From Cycas panzhihuaensis (lineage: Eukaryota; Plantae; Cycadophyta): a DNA stretch of 64,000 nt. The notes under the pieces are model-generated. The model was not told the origin of the DNA and did not search any database. It worked only from the letters and a program-made list of their open reading frames with translations. The DNA lies in the NCBI GenBank assembly GCA_023213395.1, contig CM041465.1, forward strand, positions 217,627,741 to 217,691,740, given 5' to 3'. Below are positions 51,917-64,000 of this stretch, piece by piece (position 1 is the first letter of the stretch; each line of letters opens with the position of its first letter). The position numbers were made by a program, and so were the translations under genes.

Positions 51917-53266
51917 ATAGTCCCAATGAGATCCAAACACCATAGTGAGAAGGGCCAAAGAGAGACAATGACATGCAAAGCCCTTAATGATTAGTAAACG
52001 ATATTGGAATGCTCTTGGCATTTCTTATATTTTTAGACATAAGCGTAGGGGTCCTTGAATAAGGTAGATTAGAAGAACACTATTCTTAGAATTCTTTGAT
52101 CTATAGAGTTCCCACCACAATGCCCTCAACAAATGTCACCATGATAGTTATAAAGGATCCACTATGCTTCTTTGGGGTTGATATATTTAAGGAGAACCAC
52201 TTTAAAGGATATTTTTTAGAGTATATCATGAATGAGAAAATATTATCAAGTTGTACCTCTCACATGTTATTTTACCTCATCACTTGCATCTTTCAAATAT
52301 ACTTAATGAACTATATAATGAATGACATCACCATAACATTCATTATTGATAGGCCTTTATCTGTTAGCCTACTTAAGGGCCATAATGGATTCATCAAGCA
52401 GAGAATCATCCATAGAGATGTTAATAGGGTTGGGGAGGAGCATATAATCTAATTACTCAACCACAACCATCCCCTTATTAGACTTCCTATTAACTACTTA
52501 TAGATCATTCCTATAGGAGAATTACCCATTTCCCTATTTGGCCCACTAGGTTAAATTTTATTAGTAAGTAATAAAGATAGTTAGATTATATGATTATATT
52601 TATTGTGTCATTGAGGAGATAAAATCTTAAATTTTTAGTGGTAAACATGAGTGTAAGACACTCTTTCTCTAAAGGAGTGTAATTATTCTCTATTGCCACA
52701 AGAGCATGGGTAATGAAGTAGATGACATGCTCAACCTTAAATTATCCTCTTAGGCTAGCATGGCCCTAATTAACTCATTAATGAATGATGTATATAAAAT
52801 GAATGGTTTGTCAAACCATGGAGAAGGTAAGTGTGGGTAGAAACTAGGCCCCATTTGAGATTATCAAAAGCAACTTGGTAGCTTGTGCTTATATAAAAGG
52901 AATCTCCTTTTTTAGGAGATTTATAAGGGGTTTGATATTCATGATAAAATTTGCTAAGAAACACTTAAGAAAACCAAGTCAATCGAGGAAGGACTTGATT
53001 TATTTTTAGTACAAGGAGGGCACATCTTATGGATTGCTTCATCTTTTCAAAGTCAACCTTGTTTCCTTGTTGGGAATTAATAAACCCCAAGAGTTTTCCT
53101 ATTATAATGATAAACATTCACTTATACGAGTTCAAACTAACATGAAATTTTTGGCACTCAAAAAGATCTTTCTAAGGTCCACAAGATGGTTTCCCATTTT
53201 TCTTGAATGTCCATATAAGTCATCCATGAATACCTCGAGAATTTTATTGATATAATCATAGAACAT
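51917..53266 (-). pseudogene. Host gypsy RT C-terminus, RNase H and integrase zinc finger
   Basis: KILEVFMDD, YQVAFDNLKWGLVS, GHCGG..KKCQEH..LWPFSLWCLDLIG. Confidence 0.9.
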
Positions 53267-55097
53267 TGTTAAAACTTATAATGACATCTTCATTACCCTG
53301 TAATATGAATGTATATGTGTATATTGGTGTACTTTAGGTATGACCCCTTTGTAATTTAATCATATTATAAAGGATGGTTTATTTACAACTTGTGCTGATA
53401 TGTTATCCAATTAGATCTTTATAAATATATGTAGATTACCTATATATTATACATTTGCCCTATAGTTTATATATTGATTCTTTTATAATGCAAAAGCTTT
53501 GTCAAATTGGAGCCTTATGAAGTGAAAAATTCACCTGTGATCATTTGTGCATCTCTGTTGTGCTCTTCTTAGCTTGATTTTATTATTATTTTAATAGTTT
53601 ACATTGTATTTTGATGGATGCACATGGTATTTAGATCCTGAAGTAGATTTTTCATGGTATTAGAACCATTGCATGCTTTGTCTAGTATTTCATTAAGGAA
53701 TAAGTGAGAAATAGAGGTCTATTTTCCTATAATGGCACTTAGTTCCCATGCCTTTTCAAGTTCTTTCTCAATATTGGATGGCCTCCAGTCAATTTAAAGC
53801 CATTGCTAGTAATTTTTAGATTGTGTTAGTATGCATTTACTAAGTTTCAAGCTTGTTGCAAACCACGTAGCTTATGGTTCTAGTTTTAGTTTAAACAACT
53901 CTATTTTGGCCTCTTTTTTAACCCCTTATTCATGTTGATTATATCTTGCCTCCAAATGAAGTTATGGTGATTCCAACAATCCTCTAAGGCTACTCATACC
54001 CTATTGTAGGTAGTTCCATAGAAGATTTTGAGTTAGTTTAGCCATTTATATCCCCAAGCATCTGTATGGCCTCCACAAGTATCGACAACCTCATTTGACA
54101 TTATTTCTCTCTACTAAAGCTCTAAATATACTCCAGAAGGAGTGCCACATCCTATAGATCCATGTCTCATTAGTTTTAGAGATTTCTTAAAGTTATTTTA
54201 AGATCAAAGAGCCACCCATATTCCATGTACAACTACATGGTCACCATGAAAGTTGCGTGACCTCTATTCTTAAAAACTTTTGATTTTTTTAACATTACAC
54301 TTCATTAGGTTATGAAATATTAAGTTAGATTTAATTTCATAACTTAAATCCACTATTTAACCCTCTAATACAATTATATCAAGTGCCCATATGACCATAA
54401 TTGTAGCATAAAGGGGCAAAACTCAAATCTTATAAACTCCTTTTGATGATTTTTTATTTTGGAAAAGGATTAGGCTAAATTTCATTTTGATTTGAAGTTT
54501 GCATCCCTCTAATCACTCCAACGGATGATCACATACTAAAGTTTGGAAACCAAGGGCCAAGGTTTAAAGGGGCTTAAGCCCAATCTTCCCTATTTTTTAA
54601 CTCATAAGAGTATAGGTTATAGTTTCCTTCGTAACTTTCCAATCAAGATTCAGAATAAGGTGTTGTCTAAAACATTGTAAAGATAATTTATAGGACTATA
54701 GTTTAAAGCCAATTTGAGCTTGATTTAAGTTTATTTTATAGGAGTCCTAGGCTATTTAATTTGGGCTAAGTATTTGAGCATTCTTAAGACTTTTCTCATC
54801 ATTTGAAGGCTTAAATTTAGTTTTTTATAAGAATTTTTACTACTATATGATGTTATTGATTGTTAGTTAGCTATTCTAATCTATTTTTTTGGCTAATAAA
54901 GTGCTTATGGTTAGTTTTTCATAGGTGTTCTCCTTAGAGATCAAGGTGGATCTTATTAGTGTAAGCCCTCCCAAAGAGCTCTCTAAACCCTTCAATTTCC
55001 TTTTAAATTTTACATTTTCATTCTTTTCTCAGTTTTCCTTAGTTAAAAAAAATAATGTTTGTAAGGAACTCACCTTAAAATCAATATTTAACTTGAA

Positions 55098-55565
55098 ACA
55101 TTAATTAAAATAATCCCAAATTAACAAGACAACTATACTAGCCTTGTAAGAGAAACGGTTAAGACCCATGAAGTTACCACACTATACACACCTTTAGTAT
55201 TTCTTTAATTTGTTGAGGAAACCATTGGATATAAGGTGTATAAAGTGGCAGGCTAAGGTGGCAAACTATCCTTTGGAGATTAGAGACCAGGCTAGACCTA
55301 GAGGGTGTAAGTGCATTGGTTGTTAAGTTCTCTCTGTTAGATATGTTACTAAGCATAAGTCCATTGTAGGTGGATCTATAAATTAGGGGGGTCTTTAACC
55401 TTCTTAGAAGCTCACATACTAAGGTATATAAAGCGTTGAGCTCATATACTAGTATATAGGATCTCTAGTTTGCCACTTGTGGGTAGATTCTACTAGACAA
55501 CATAGTAATTGAAAGCTTTCTTAGAGGCCCTAAAACTTAGAACTCTAGATTAGTAGCCCTTAGGT
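55098..55565 (+). ncRNA. Conserved structured cis-RNA element upstream of Copia B gag (decayed homolog of 21301-21760)
   Basis: Shared blocks GTTACCAC, GTGGCAGGCT(G/A)AGGTG, GAGACCA(A)GGCTAGAC, CCTTCTTAG, AGGTATATA(G/A)AGC, TTTGCCA, TAGTAGCC. 11-bp stem 55258-55268/55466-55476. Confidence 0.6.
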
Positions 55566-55620
55566 AGAATAATATACAAGCACTTAAAACTTAAAACCTA
55601 AAACTAAAATACCCTTAGAA

Positions 55621-58600
55621 ATGGAATCACAAATGCTCTTATCAAATACCATTAAACTCAATGTCCTTAATAACTTTATTTCTTAAAAGAAGTAAGCAAA
55701 AAACCTACTTATTATAAACAACTTTATGGCCTATGTTAATGGTGACATTCTGTTACCTAGACCAACTTAAGACCCTAATGACTCTAGCATGACAATTCCA
55801 CCAAAATTTGTTGCCTTATCTAACTTTAAAGATAAGGATGATATAGCCTTGTCCTTTCTCCACTTGGCAGTAGAAGACTAAGTGGACCAGAACATAGAGA
55901 CAACTAAAACCTCTCACAAAGCATGAACCATCCTTTGTGATCTCTATGATAGGAAAGATGAGTCAAGATCCTTAACTCTTAAAGCATATATCTTTTCTAT
56001 CCCCTTTATAAGAAATGTTACTACCCATATAACCAAAGTAAATACCATTAGAAATCAACTAATAATCCTTGGAGAACCTCCTTCAGACCATGATCTTATA
56101 TCTAACATTCTTAATATTCTCCTAATAAAATACAGTATCTTTGTTTCTAAACTCCATGATAACTACACAAAAATGGGTTTCATCATATTTGAGGAACTCC
56201 TGGTAAGAGAAGAGAATATTATCAATTGACTAGGAGTAACGTCTACCTCTAACTTAACCCCTACATTTACAGCCTAAAGCTCAGAGAAGGGTAAGACTAT
56301 ATAACAACTAGCTTAGCAACCCAGTCAACTTCAAAGTATTGCTCAATAATTAGACTTCTTAGACATCTCTCAAGAGCTAAATTAGTCACCAACTTAACAT
56401 AAATCACATCGAGTTAGCACCTCCTCCCATCAAGGTCAATAACTTCAACCCCAACAACCTCCATAACCTCGAACAAAATGGAATTAGTAGAGTAGACCCA
56501 ATGTCACCTACTTACACTATGGGAAAATTGGTCACCTTGTTATAGAATATAGAAAACATCAAGTTAATCTACAAATAGTGAAAATTTAAGGGAGCCAATC
56601 TTATGGGCTTAGCTTCCAACAAGAAGCCCCATTTAATCTATAAGGAGCCTCATTTTATTAATAAGAAGTACTCAACTTTCAATAAGGTAGATAAGTCTAT
56701 CAATAACATGGACCAAGTTACTAATAAGGAGGACCAAGCCCTTAACAAGGAGCCCCTTTATCCATAACAAGGAGGCCCATTCTACAACAAGGAGCCTCCT
56801 ACTTCTTATAAGGAGGCCCTAGTCCATAATAAGAAGGCCTTATCTATCCATAAGTGAGGGCTTTTAATTCATAACCAAGCTAATTCTATCAACATAATTA
56901 GAACCCAAGACCAAATCAGAGTCAATGGTAATAGAACAGGTAGTGGTTCCCACCCAAGAATCAAAGAAATCCCACCACTCAATAAGGAGGCCATGTGATA
57001 TATACCCAAGATTCCTCCTCTCAAAACTTATTCTTTGCAACATTGTCATCTCAAGTGTCATTTGCCATATGACTATCACAGAAAATATGTTGGAGGAAAC
57101 CTATCTAATTAACATACAAACAATCATATTTGGTGACAACCTGATATATGATGTAACTAAAATTAGAAGGGCCCTAATAGCATTGAAAGATTCTAATATA
57201 AAGCATCATATCAATAATGTATTTTTAGTTCTATGCATTAAAATGAATCTACTTTTAGTCAACCAACTTAAAAAGCAAAATTTAGATGTCCTCTTTAGTC
57301 AAAGAATTTATACCATCATGGATCATGCAACCAGACAACTCATAGCAACAGGTCACGAAGACAATGGTTTATACAAGCTAGATAGTATTATTATAGCCAT
57401 CAACCCACCAACAAGATCATGCTCAATGGCCCAAAATACATAACTTGACAAGGAGAAAGATATCATGATGGAAGGCTCACCTTATGTCCAAGAACCAAGT
57501 GAATGCTCCTACTTAGATGAATAATCTACCTTTAATAGTGTTAAAGACCGGTTATGGCATTAATGCCTAGGTCACTTGAATATGTAGAGTTTGAACCTTA
57601 TGCCAAGGCTTCATATAGTACATGGTTTACTAAAATCAAGAGATGCATTAGCAAGGCATGCCTTGTGGGAAAGTAACAAAGAGAAAAATTCCTATCTAAA
57701 AATGCATAGAGAGCCTCCCAACTATTAGAGTTGGTCAACTCAAATATTTATGGGCTTATGTCAGTATAATCACTTAATGGTAGCATGTATTTCATGAAAT
57801 TTATAGATGATTATTCTAGGAAAGTATGGGTTTACTTCTTGAGAAATAAGTACCAAGCCTTAGATAAATTAAAGGAGTTCAAAGATGAGGTAGAAAATAA
57901 GAGTGATATGACCATTAAGATACTTAGATCTGATAATGATGGTAAATGCATCTCAAATTAATTCATTAATTTTTACAAGGAACATGGCATCAAATACCAA
58001 TTTTTATCACCTTGCATACCACAACAAAATAGTGTAGCCAAAAAAATGATCCAAACATTGGTGAATAAAGGAAAAGCCATGCTAAGTGATGTTAACCTCA
58101 CCACTAGATTTTGGGTTGATGTAATTGTGACTACTGCATACCTAATCAATATGAGTCCCATAGTGGTAATTAGGAATATCACTCTTGAGGAAGCTTGGTC
58201 AGGGCTTAAACTAACTATTATACATTTGAAAACATTTGGATGCATGATATACAAGCTTGTTCTAAAGGAGAATACAAAGAAGCTTGATGATAAAAGTTTT
58301 AAGTACATCTTTCTTGGCTATATAGCTGATTATAAGGCCTACAAGGTGTTTGATATTGTTGGGAACCAAGCATACACAACTTGGGATGTCATCTTTATAG
58401 AAGATACACAAGACTCGAATTCTCCTCAAATTTAGTTTATAGTAGAAGATGAAGTTGGTGTACCTAAAGTGCCTCTTGGACAAATTTTAGAGGCACCAAT
58501 ACTAGCCTCCTCCTACACATTAGGTCCTTTATCAATTCTAGCAGTCTCCACTTCTACAACAGAAGTAAGCACAACTATGACACATATTTAAGTTTATGAC

Positions 58601-59140
58601 CTTTAGGTGGAAGTTACCAACATTCAGCCACCTCCCAAGTAAGTTTAACAACTGTTAAAGGATGCTCCTCTTCCTCCCACAACTACCAAAAGACCATTTA
58701 AGATGAGACACTCTAGCAATTTTACCCTAATAGCTCATATTCTAGAAACCCCTGAGCCTTCTACATTTGAGGAGGCAATAAGAAACCAAAAGAAGAAAGT
58801 AGCCATAGATTAAGAGATGAATTCTATCCTCATAAATAAAACTTGGGAGCTAATAGATGTGCCACCTAGAAAGAAGTCGGTTGACTGTAGAAGGCTTTAT
58901 AAAGCAAAATTTCATGCCAATGGCCCTATTGAGCATCATAAAGCTCATTTGGTATTGAAGAGAACCTTCCCAAATTGAAAGCTCATAAAAGTAGTTATCT
59001 TATGACAACCTCTTGATGACTTCATTGATCGAGTTCATAAATCAATGAGGACTATGTTGCATACATCTTTACTAAAGCACTTGGCAAACCTAAGTTTGAA
59101 CAGTTTTGACATGACCTCAACATCAAATGTAATGAAGTTG
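55621..59140 (+). pseudogene. Copia B gag-protease-integrase, RT N-terminus and RNase H C-terminus
   Basis: MESQMLLSNTIKLN, YLHYGKIGHL knuckle, ILRSDNDG, PQQNSVAKK, FWVDVIVTTAYLIN, KLDDKSFKYIFLGY, EPSTFEEA, NKTWEL, VAYIFTKAL. Confidence 0.9.
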
Positions 59141-59475
59141 CCATTAAGGGAGGATATTAAAACTTATAATGACATCTTTATTACCTTATAATATGAATGT
59201 ATATATGTACATTGGTGTACTTTAGGTGTGACCCCTTCGTAATTTAATCATATTGTAAAGGATGGTTAGGTCCATCACTTGTATCGATTTGTATATTGAT
59301 TCTTTTGTAATACGAAAGCTCTACTAGATTAGAGCCTCATGAAGTGACATATTTATTCGTGATTAATTTTTCATCTCTATTGAGTTTTTTTAGCTTGATT
59401 TTCTTATTATTTCAATAATTTACATTATATTTTGATGGATGCACATAGTATTTAGAGCTTGAAGCAGTTTTTTCA

Positions 59476-59572
59476 AATATAAAGCATGGCTTATTGGTAA
59501 GTGGCACTAGCATTTTTTAGACCAAAGGGTATCACAATATAAGTGAATGTACCTCAAGGTATTATATATTTC
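59476..59572 (-). pseudogene. Host gypsy RT segment
   Basis: P*GTFTYIVIPFGLKNASATYQ*AM, continuing at 53266 into the segment leading to KILEVFMDD. Confidence 0.9.
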
Positions 59573-62500
59573 TCGACCACCGAGAATAGGCAAGAGTAGC
59601 ATCCCCTAGGTAAGTATAGGTATACATTCTTATCCCTTGACCTATTTATCTTTATGACATGATGAGGTACATTTATGATCCCAATAGAATGATTTGATTA
59701 CATAGCTTACCTTGCTACCTGGTTTTCTTACCTAATACTTGCATGTGACTGTATTTCAGCCTATGACAACCTAGGACCACAATCCTATGGCATCACATAG
59801 CTCCAAGAAACACCTCCCTAGGGTTTGTGGGTACTCATAAGCCCCTATAACCCACCTTGACTCACTTCTAACTTGTTGTATGACCCCTAGGGTAGGTCTT
59901 AACTTACTTACTCAATTATATTTTTACATCCTTATTGGTGCTTGGCCTCCAACACATATGGGAAATCCCAACCACTACCTAAAGCCCCTAAAATACCTTA
60001 TCAATTTACCAACATTCATCTTTTACACTCCAGTACTGATCTTTTATGGGATTCCCTAGGTATTTTTATTTTTTCTCTTTGTTTTCTTTACACCACATGA
60101 ATCTTTGCGATACCACATTAATAATTTCAGTGTTGTAAAGTTTGCTATAGGGTGATTGTCCATTAGTTGTTATGGCTAGAAAATAATTAGATTCACATTT
60201 ATTATGAATCAGACATGTAGCAGAAGGTATTTTCTTTCCCAAACTAAACCCTTATGTCTTTGAAAACCTAATTAGAATATCAAAATATAATTTTGAACTT
60301 ATTATTACTCTCTCACAATTTAAAAAATAGCTCTTTTCTCCTTCTTTCTTCCACTCAGGTTTGACAGGGTAGAAACCCTAGCTTGCAAGTCTAATAAGCT
60401 AGGCCTTTTTCAATGAGATCATTGTCCTCTCATGCTCAACAAAGTAATGATAGTTGTTTCTCTTAGATTAAAGGCTCTTGCCTTCTCCAAAAAGGGTCTA
60501 CTTAACCAAGAAAAGTAGGTTTGGGGACACCATCCCCTTTGGTTGTATGGTAACTTCTGATTTGAGCAAGTTTTAATGATTGAAAGCAAGTTTTCTTCCA
60601 TTATTTCTCTCTTGGATTTGGTTTGCTTCTGATTTCATTCATTTGTATGCTCATTACCATATATTTTCTCTCATATTTGTTGGGCAAAGAAGGGCAAACC
60701 CTCTCTTTTCACTTTGCCACCATCGTCCCACTCCTAGTATTCTACTAGCTAATAGTAGGCTAGGTTTTGGACTATTTAGGGAGGTAAGAGAAGTACATAT
60801 AGCTAGAGTTCTAACTCCTATAGCTGCTTCTCATAGGGCAACCCCTTCTTCCCAAGTCTCTTTTGCACCTTACCCACTACTTATGCTAATGAACCTTGTA
60901 GGGTGTGACTCATACTGATTGGTGACACTGTAATACTTGTAACACTTTGTTTTACTCTCTTTTATTTATGGATGCTATACTTGGCTAACCATTGTTTATC
61001 ATTGTTTATTATTTACCTCTACTACTCTTGCAACTTTGGTAATTTCTTGCAGCTTTTATGACTTTCTCCAAACCCCTACATACACCTCTCTCAAACTATT
61101 TATTACTACTTATGTTGCTCATGTTAGACCAACTACCTAGGAGGTGTTTCACTCATAGGAGCTAGCCATTCTGAGGCTATCATCTTATCCTCCTTCAACC
61201 CCTTTTTTTCCTAAAGGTTATATGAGAACATTAATATGTGTAAAGAATAGAGCATATTAGTTATCATTATTTTCCTTATTCCATCACTCAAGGTAAAACT
61301 TCATTTCCACTTTGGTGAAACACACATGCACCATTATATATATGTATACACATGTTTATTACTTGTGAGGGTTTTCTTACATGCAAGACAAGGCATCCTC
61401 CCAAGCAAGTAGAATTGCATCATAACAAAGAGGCATGGTTCTCCATTTTTAGATTTACTTTTCTCTTTGTTTCTTTTTAGAATCATTTCATTTTCAGTTT
61501 CTTCGCTTTATAAGCACCTCAGGAAAGGTAAGGGAACCCCTTTCCATAGCTTCACCTATGATGCTCACCAAAATTTGGAGTGTAGAGCTACTAGTGAGGA
61601 AGGCATGAAAGGAAGGAGTGTGTTGCCTCACCAACTGGCATATTTCTTGGTGCACTTCTCACAAACCCTCTTCCCTTCCTTATTTTGTTCCCCCTTTCCC
61701 AAAAGAAAATCTACATATACATACATGTAGCTTGTAGCCCTCTCCTTATTTCACATATTTGTACTTGTAGAAAGAGGGTACATGCATATACATGCACTCC
61801 TATCTTTCTCCTTCCTCTCTTTTGTGAAAATAATAGAATAAGAAAGGTCTCTTCCCTTCTATTTGCTTGCACTCATAAAATCATAAGAGGAACTTTGAAT
61901 TAACTCTTTCTCTTTGCATTGAAAGCATCATACATGCATCCTCTCCTCGTTTTTCATCTCATGTACATGCATATGTATAGGAAGGTGGTATGAATAGATG
62001 CACTTCTTTTTTGTAAAGAAAGGATAGATTAAGAAAAGAATCCTCCTTTTGTAGCCATTGTCTCTTTGCATCTTATATATGTGCATGCAGATAAGAATAA
62101 GGTTGGGAAAACATAATTTGATTGAATATATTTTCTTTTGCATTGAAAAGGAAGCATCAAAAAGAAAAATCATACAAATCATTTATCTCTTCCCTCTCTT
62201 TTAACTCCTTGAATTAGTTTCTTGAATAAAGGAAAAGAAAGTGAGCCTAAAAGAGAGTGTTTATTATTTGTATGTGTTCCTTTCTTAAGGATGAAGACCT
62301 TGACTTCACAATATTATCACGCAATTGAAACAAGGGAAATAACCTTAAACAAGGGAAATAACCTTAACCCTTAGCATAACTAAATAAAACCTTATATTAA
62401 GACCAAACCCTTAAGGCAAACCCTTTAGGTAACCTAAGAGATGACCCTATAGACTTATCCTTCAAGATTGACTCCTATACATGCCAAACCTCGCCTTTTT

Positions 62501-62904
62501 CCTTTAACAACCATTTCCTTCCTCTTGCTCCTAAGAGTCTTTTCTACAAATAACCATCCCTCTCTCACCCCCTCCTTAAGAGGAGGCCTTTCCTCTCCTC
62601 TCTTTCACCTTAAGGATAGGAGAGCCCATCTACATCTACTCAGTAATTTGAGGATGCCCTTGCCCAATCCAAATCTAGGAAGGTACTCATATAAAGGGAA
62701 ATTCATAAGTGTTATTTATGGGTCTCTGAACCTACATTCTAATGTGTAAACACCCTTTGAGAGTGACCTATCCTCTCTTCTTGAGGTTTCTAGGCCCTTG
62801 TTGTAATTATAGTATTAGTTTATAAGCCTATATCCATAGTGACCCCCAGAGGTATGCCTCTCTTGGCAACCATACTGGGGATCTGCTAGTAAGAGAACAT
62901 TACA
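59573..62904 (+). mobile_element. Probable 3.3-kb solo LTR of a Tat-like family
   Basis: Flanked by ATTTC at 59568-59572 and 62905-62909. Ends in CA (starts TC rather than TG). Embedded PBS-like TGGCAACCATACTGGGGA at 62864-62881, as in the Tat LTR. No coding domain. Confidence 0.65.
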
Positions 62905-64000
62905 ATTTCCCTTATGTTAGCATCACCTTTCTCTTTTTGTGTACACCTTATAGGTTTGTTGGGCAATCCCTAATGCCTTTTCTTTTGATTCTACCCTTAC
63001 CTCTTCCAAAGTTTTAGGTGAAACTTGAATACGATGATTTTCTCATCATCTATGAGGTCTCCCTCCCACTTTAGAAGAATCTCCTTATTCCTCCCTTCCT
63101 TTGTCTAACTCTGAATCGACTATGGAGGGGTATCCTTCGTAATGGGCATACCATGCCTATGTTTCTAAGACCCAACAACAAACTTCAACAACTTTATTCT
63201 AAGGTCCTGTTAAGAGGGTAATGACCCTATCTTCTATCTGGGTGACCAAGAACACTCAAATTTCCACCATCTCCCCACACATGATGTGGGTATGTCATCC
63301 TCCATGGAGTATCACCACCTCAATGAGAATACCCATGAGGATCAACCTGTGGATTCCACTTCTCATGAGGACCCTTCCACCTCATATGAGAAAATAGGAA
63401 CCACTGATGTAGATGTTGAAAAGAGTGGATCTATCCTTCATCTCCATGCACTAAACACAAAGGCAAACATGGGAGCAAGAGAGACTTGAGAGAAAGAAAG
63501 TAGCTCTCATAAAATGGGGCGGTAAGAATGAATCTCCTCCATTGAGCTTTACTTTTATATTGAGAGAAGGAGCATTTGAGTTAGGTGAAATGAGATTACA
63601 CATAATGCACATGAAAGTGTATTTCACTTAAGTGATCTAATTTAAAGTTCACTTAAGACCCTTTTTCGAAATAATCAACTAATGTAATGACCTTATGTCA
63701 TTAACCCTTTCCAATCTCCCCCTTAATGGTAGAAGGTCATTTCATTCTATTTTATTCTATCCTATGAGGTCTTCATTTGAGCCTCTTACAAAGCAAACTA
63801 GTATGATACTTTTGTGGGAAACCCTCATGGGGAAGAAAACCCACAAATTTTCTAATCTACTAACCTAGCTCAGGCAGCTCTTTAAATGTAGCCAGATAGC
63901 TAATCAGTACAATGAATTTTGTAGCTAAAATCTACTGAGTCTCCATATACCATTTGGTCATCCCCCATGCCCTTTCAGGTTTTCACAGCTTCCGATTTTC

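Larger units (their letters stand above)
53267..59475 (+). mobile_element. Ty1/copia element B: ~2-kb leader, most of RT deleted
   Basis: LTRs 53267-53654 and 59155-59475, PBS TGGTATTAGAACC at 53655-53667, PPT AAGGGAGGA at 59146-59154, TSD AACAT/AATAT. It splits the host gypsy RT. Confidence 0.95.

Noticed and set aside
60419-63489. Short ORFs of 60-112 aa as host genes
   Set aside because: They lie within LTR/TE sequence, have no recognisable domains and low-complexity composition.
62910-64000. 5' part of the host gypsy or another LTR/PPT (ATCTCCCCCTT at 63715; hairpin at 63811-63847)
   Set aside because: Probably TE-derived, but no partner LTR, PBS or domain is visible within the window.

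Overview
AT-rich land-plant intergenic or heterochromatic DNA made almost entirely of nested, decayed retroelements; I find no host gene, tRNA, rRNA or CRISPR. Nearly everything is strongly CG- and CHG-depleted, consistent with methylation-driven C>T decay. Reconstructed nesting: an old minus-strand Tat-like Ty3/gypsy host (RT/INT pieces at 59476-59572, 51917-53266 and 33305-34127; antisense PMD gene at ~31.7-32.9 kb) is interrupted by four insertions. These are (i) a 3.3-kb solo LTR (59573-62904, TSD ATTTC); (ii) Copia B (53267-59475, TSD AACAT/AATAT); (iii) a structurally complete 17.8-kb Tat-type gypsy (34128-51916, 2.4-kb LTRs, TSD ATAGT, extra RNase H after integrase, spliced antisense PMD gene, motif arrays); and (iv) a non-autonomous LTR element (16084-31284, TSD ATCAT). 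Element (iv) itself carries a young CpG-rich Copia A (18260-24326) and a full-length L1 LINE (24510-30764). The first 14 kb hold two convergent, related gypsy 3' remnants and Copia fragments. The two best leads for new biology are (1) a ~460-nt non-coding element with conserved, covarying base-paired structure directly upstream of gag in two divergent long-leader Copia elements (IRES-like candidate), and (2) arrays of a bipartite 19-nt motif (CATAGTTT-N3-CTCNTTAA) that bracket an intron-containing antisense PMD gene and recur in four Tat-like elements (candidate TE-encoded protein plus cis-site system). All alignments, translations and pairings were done by eye.
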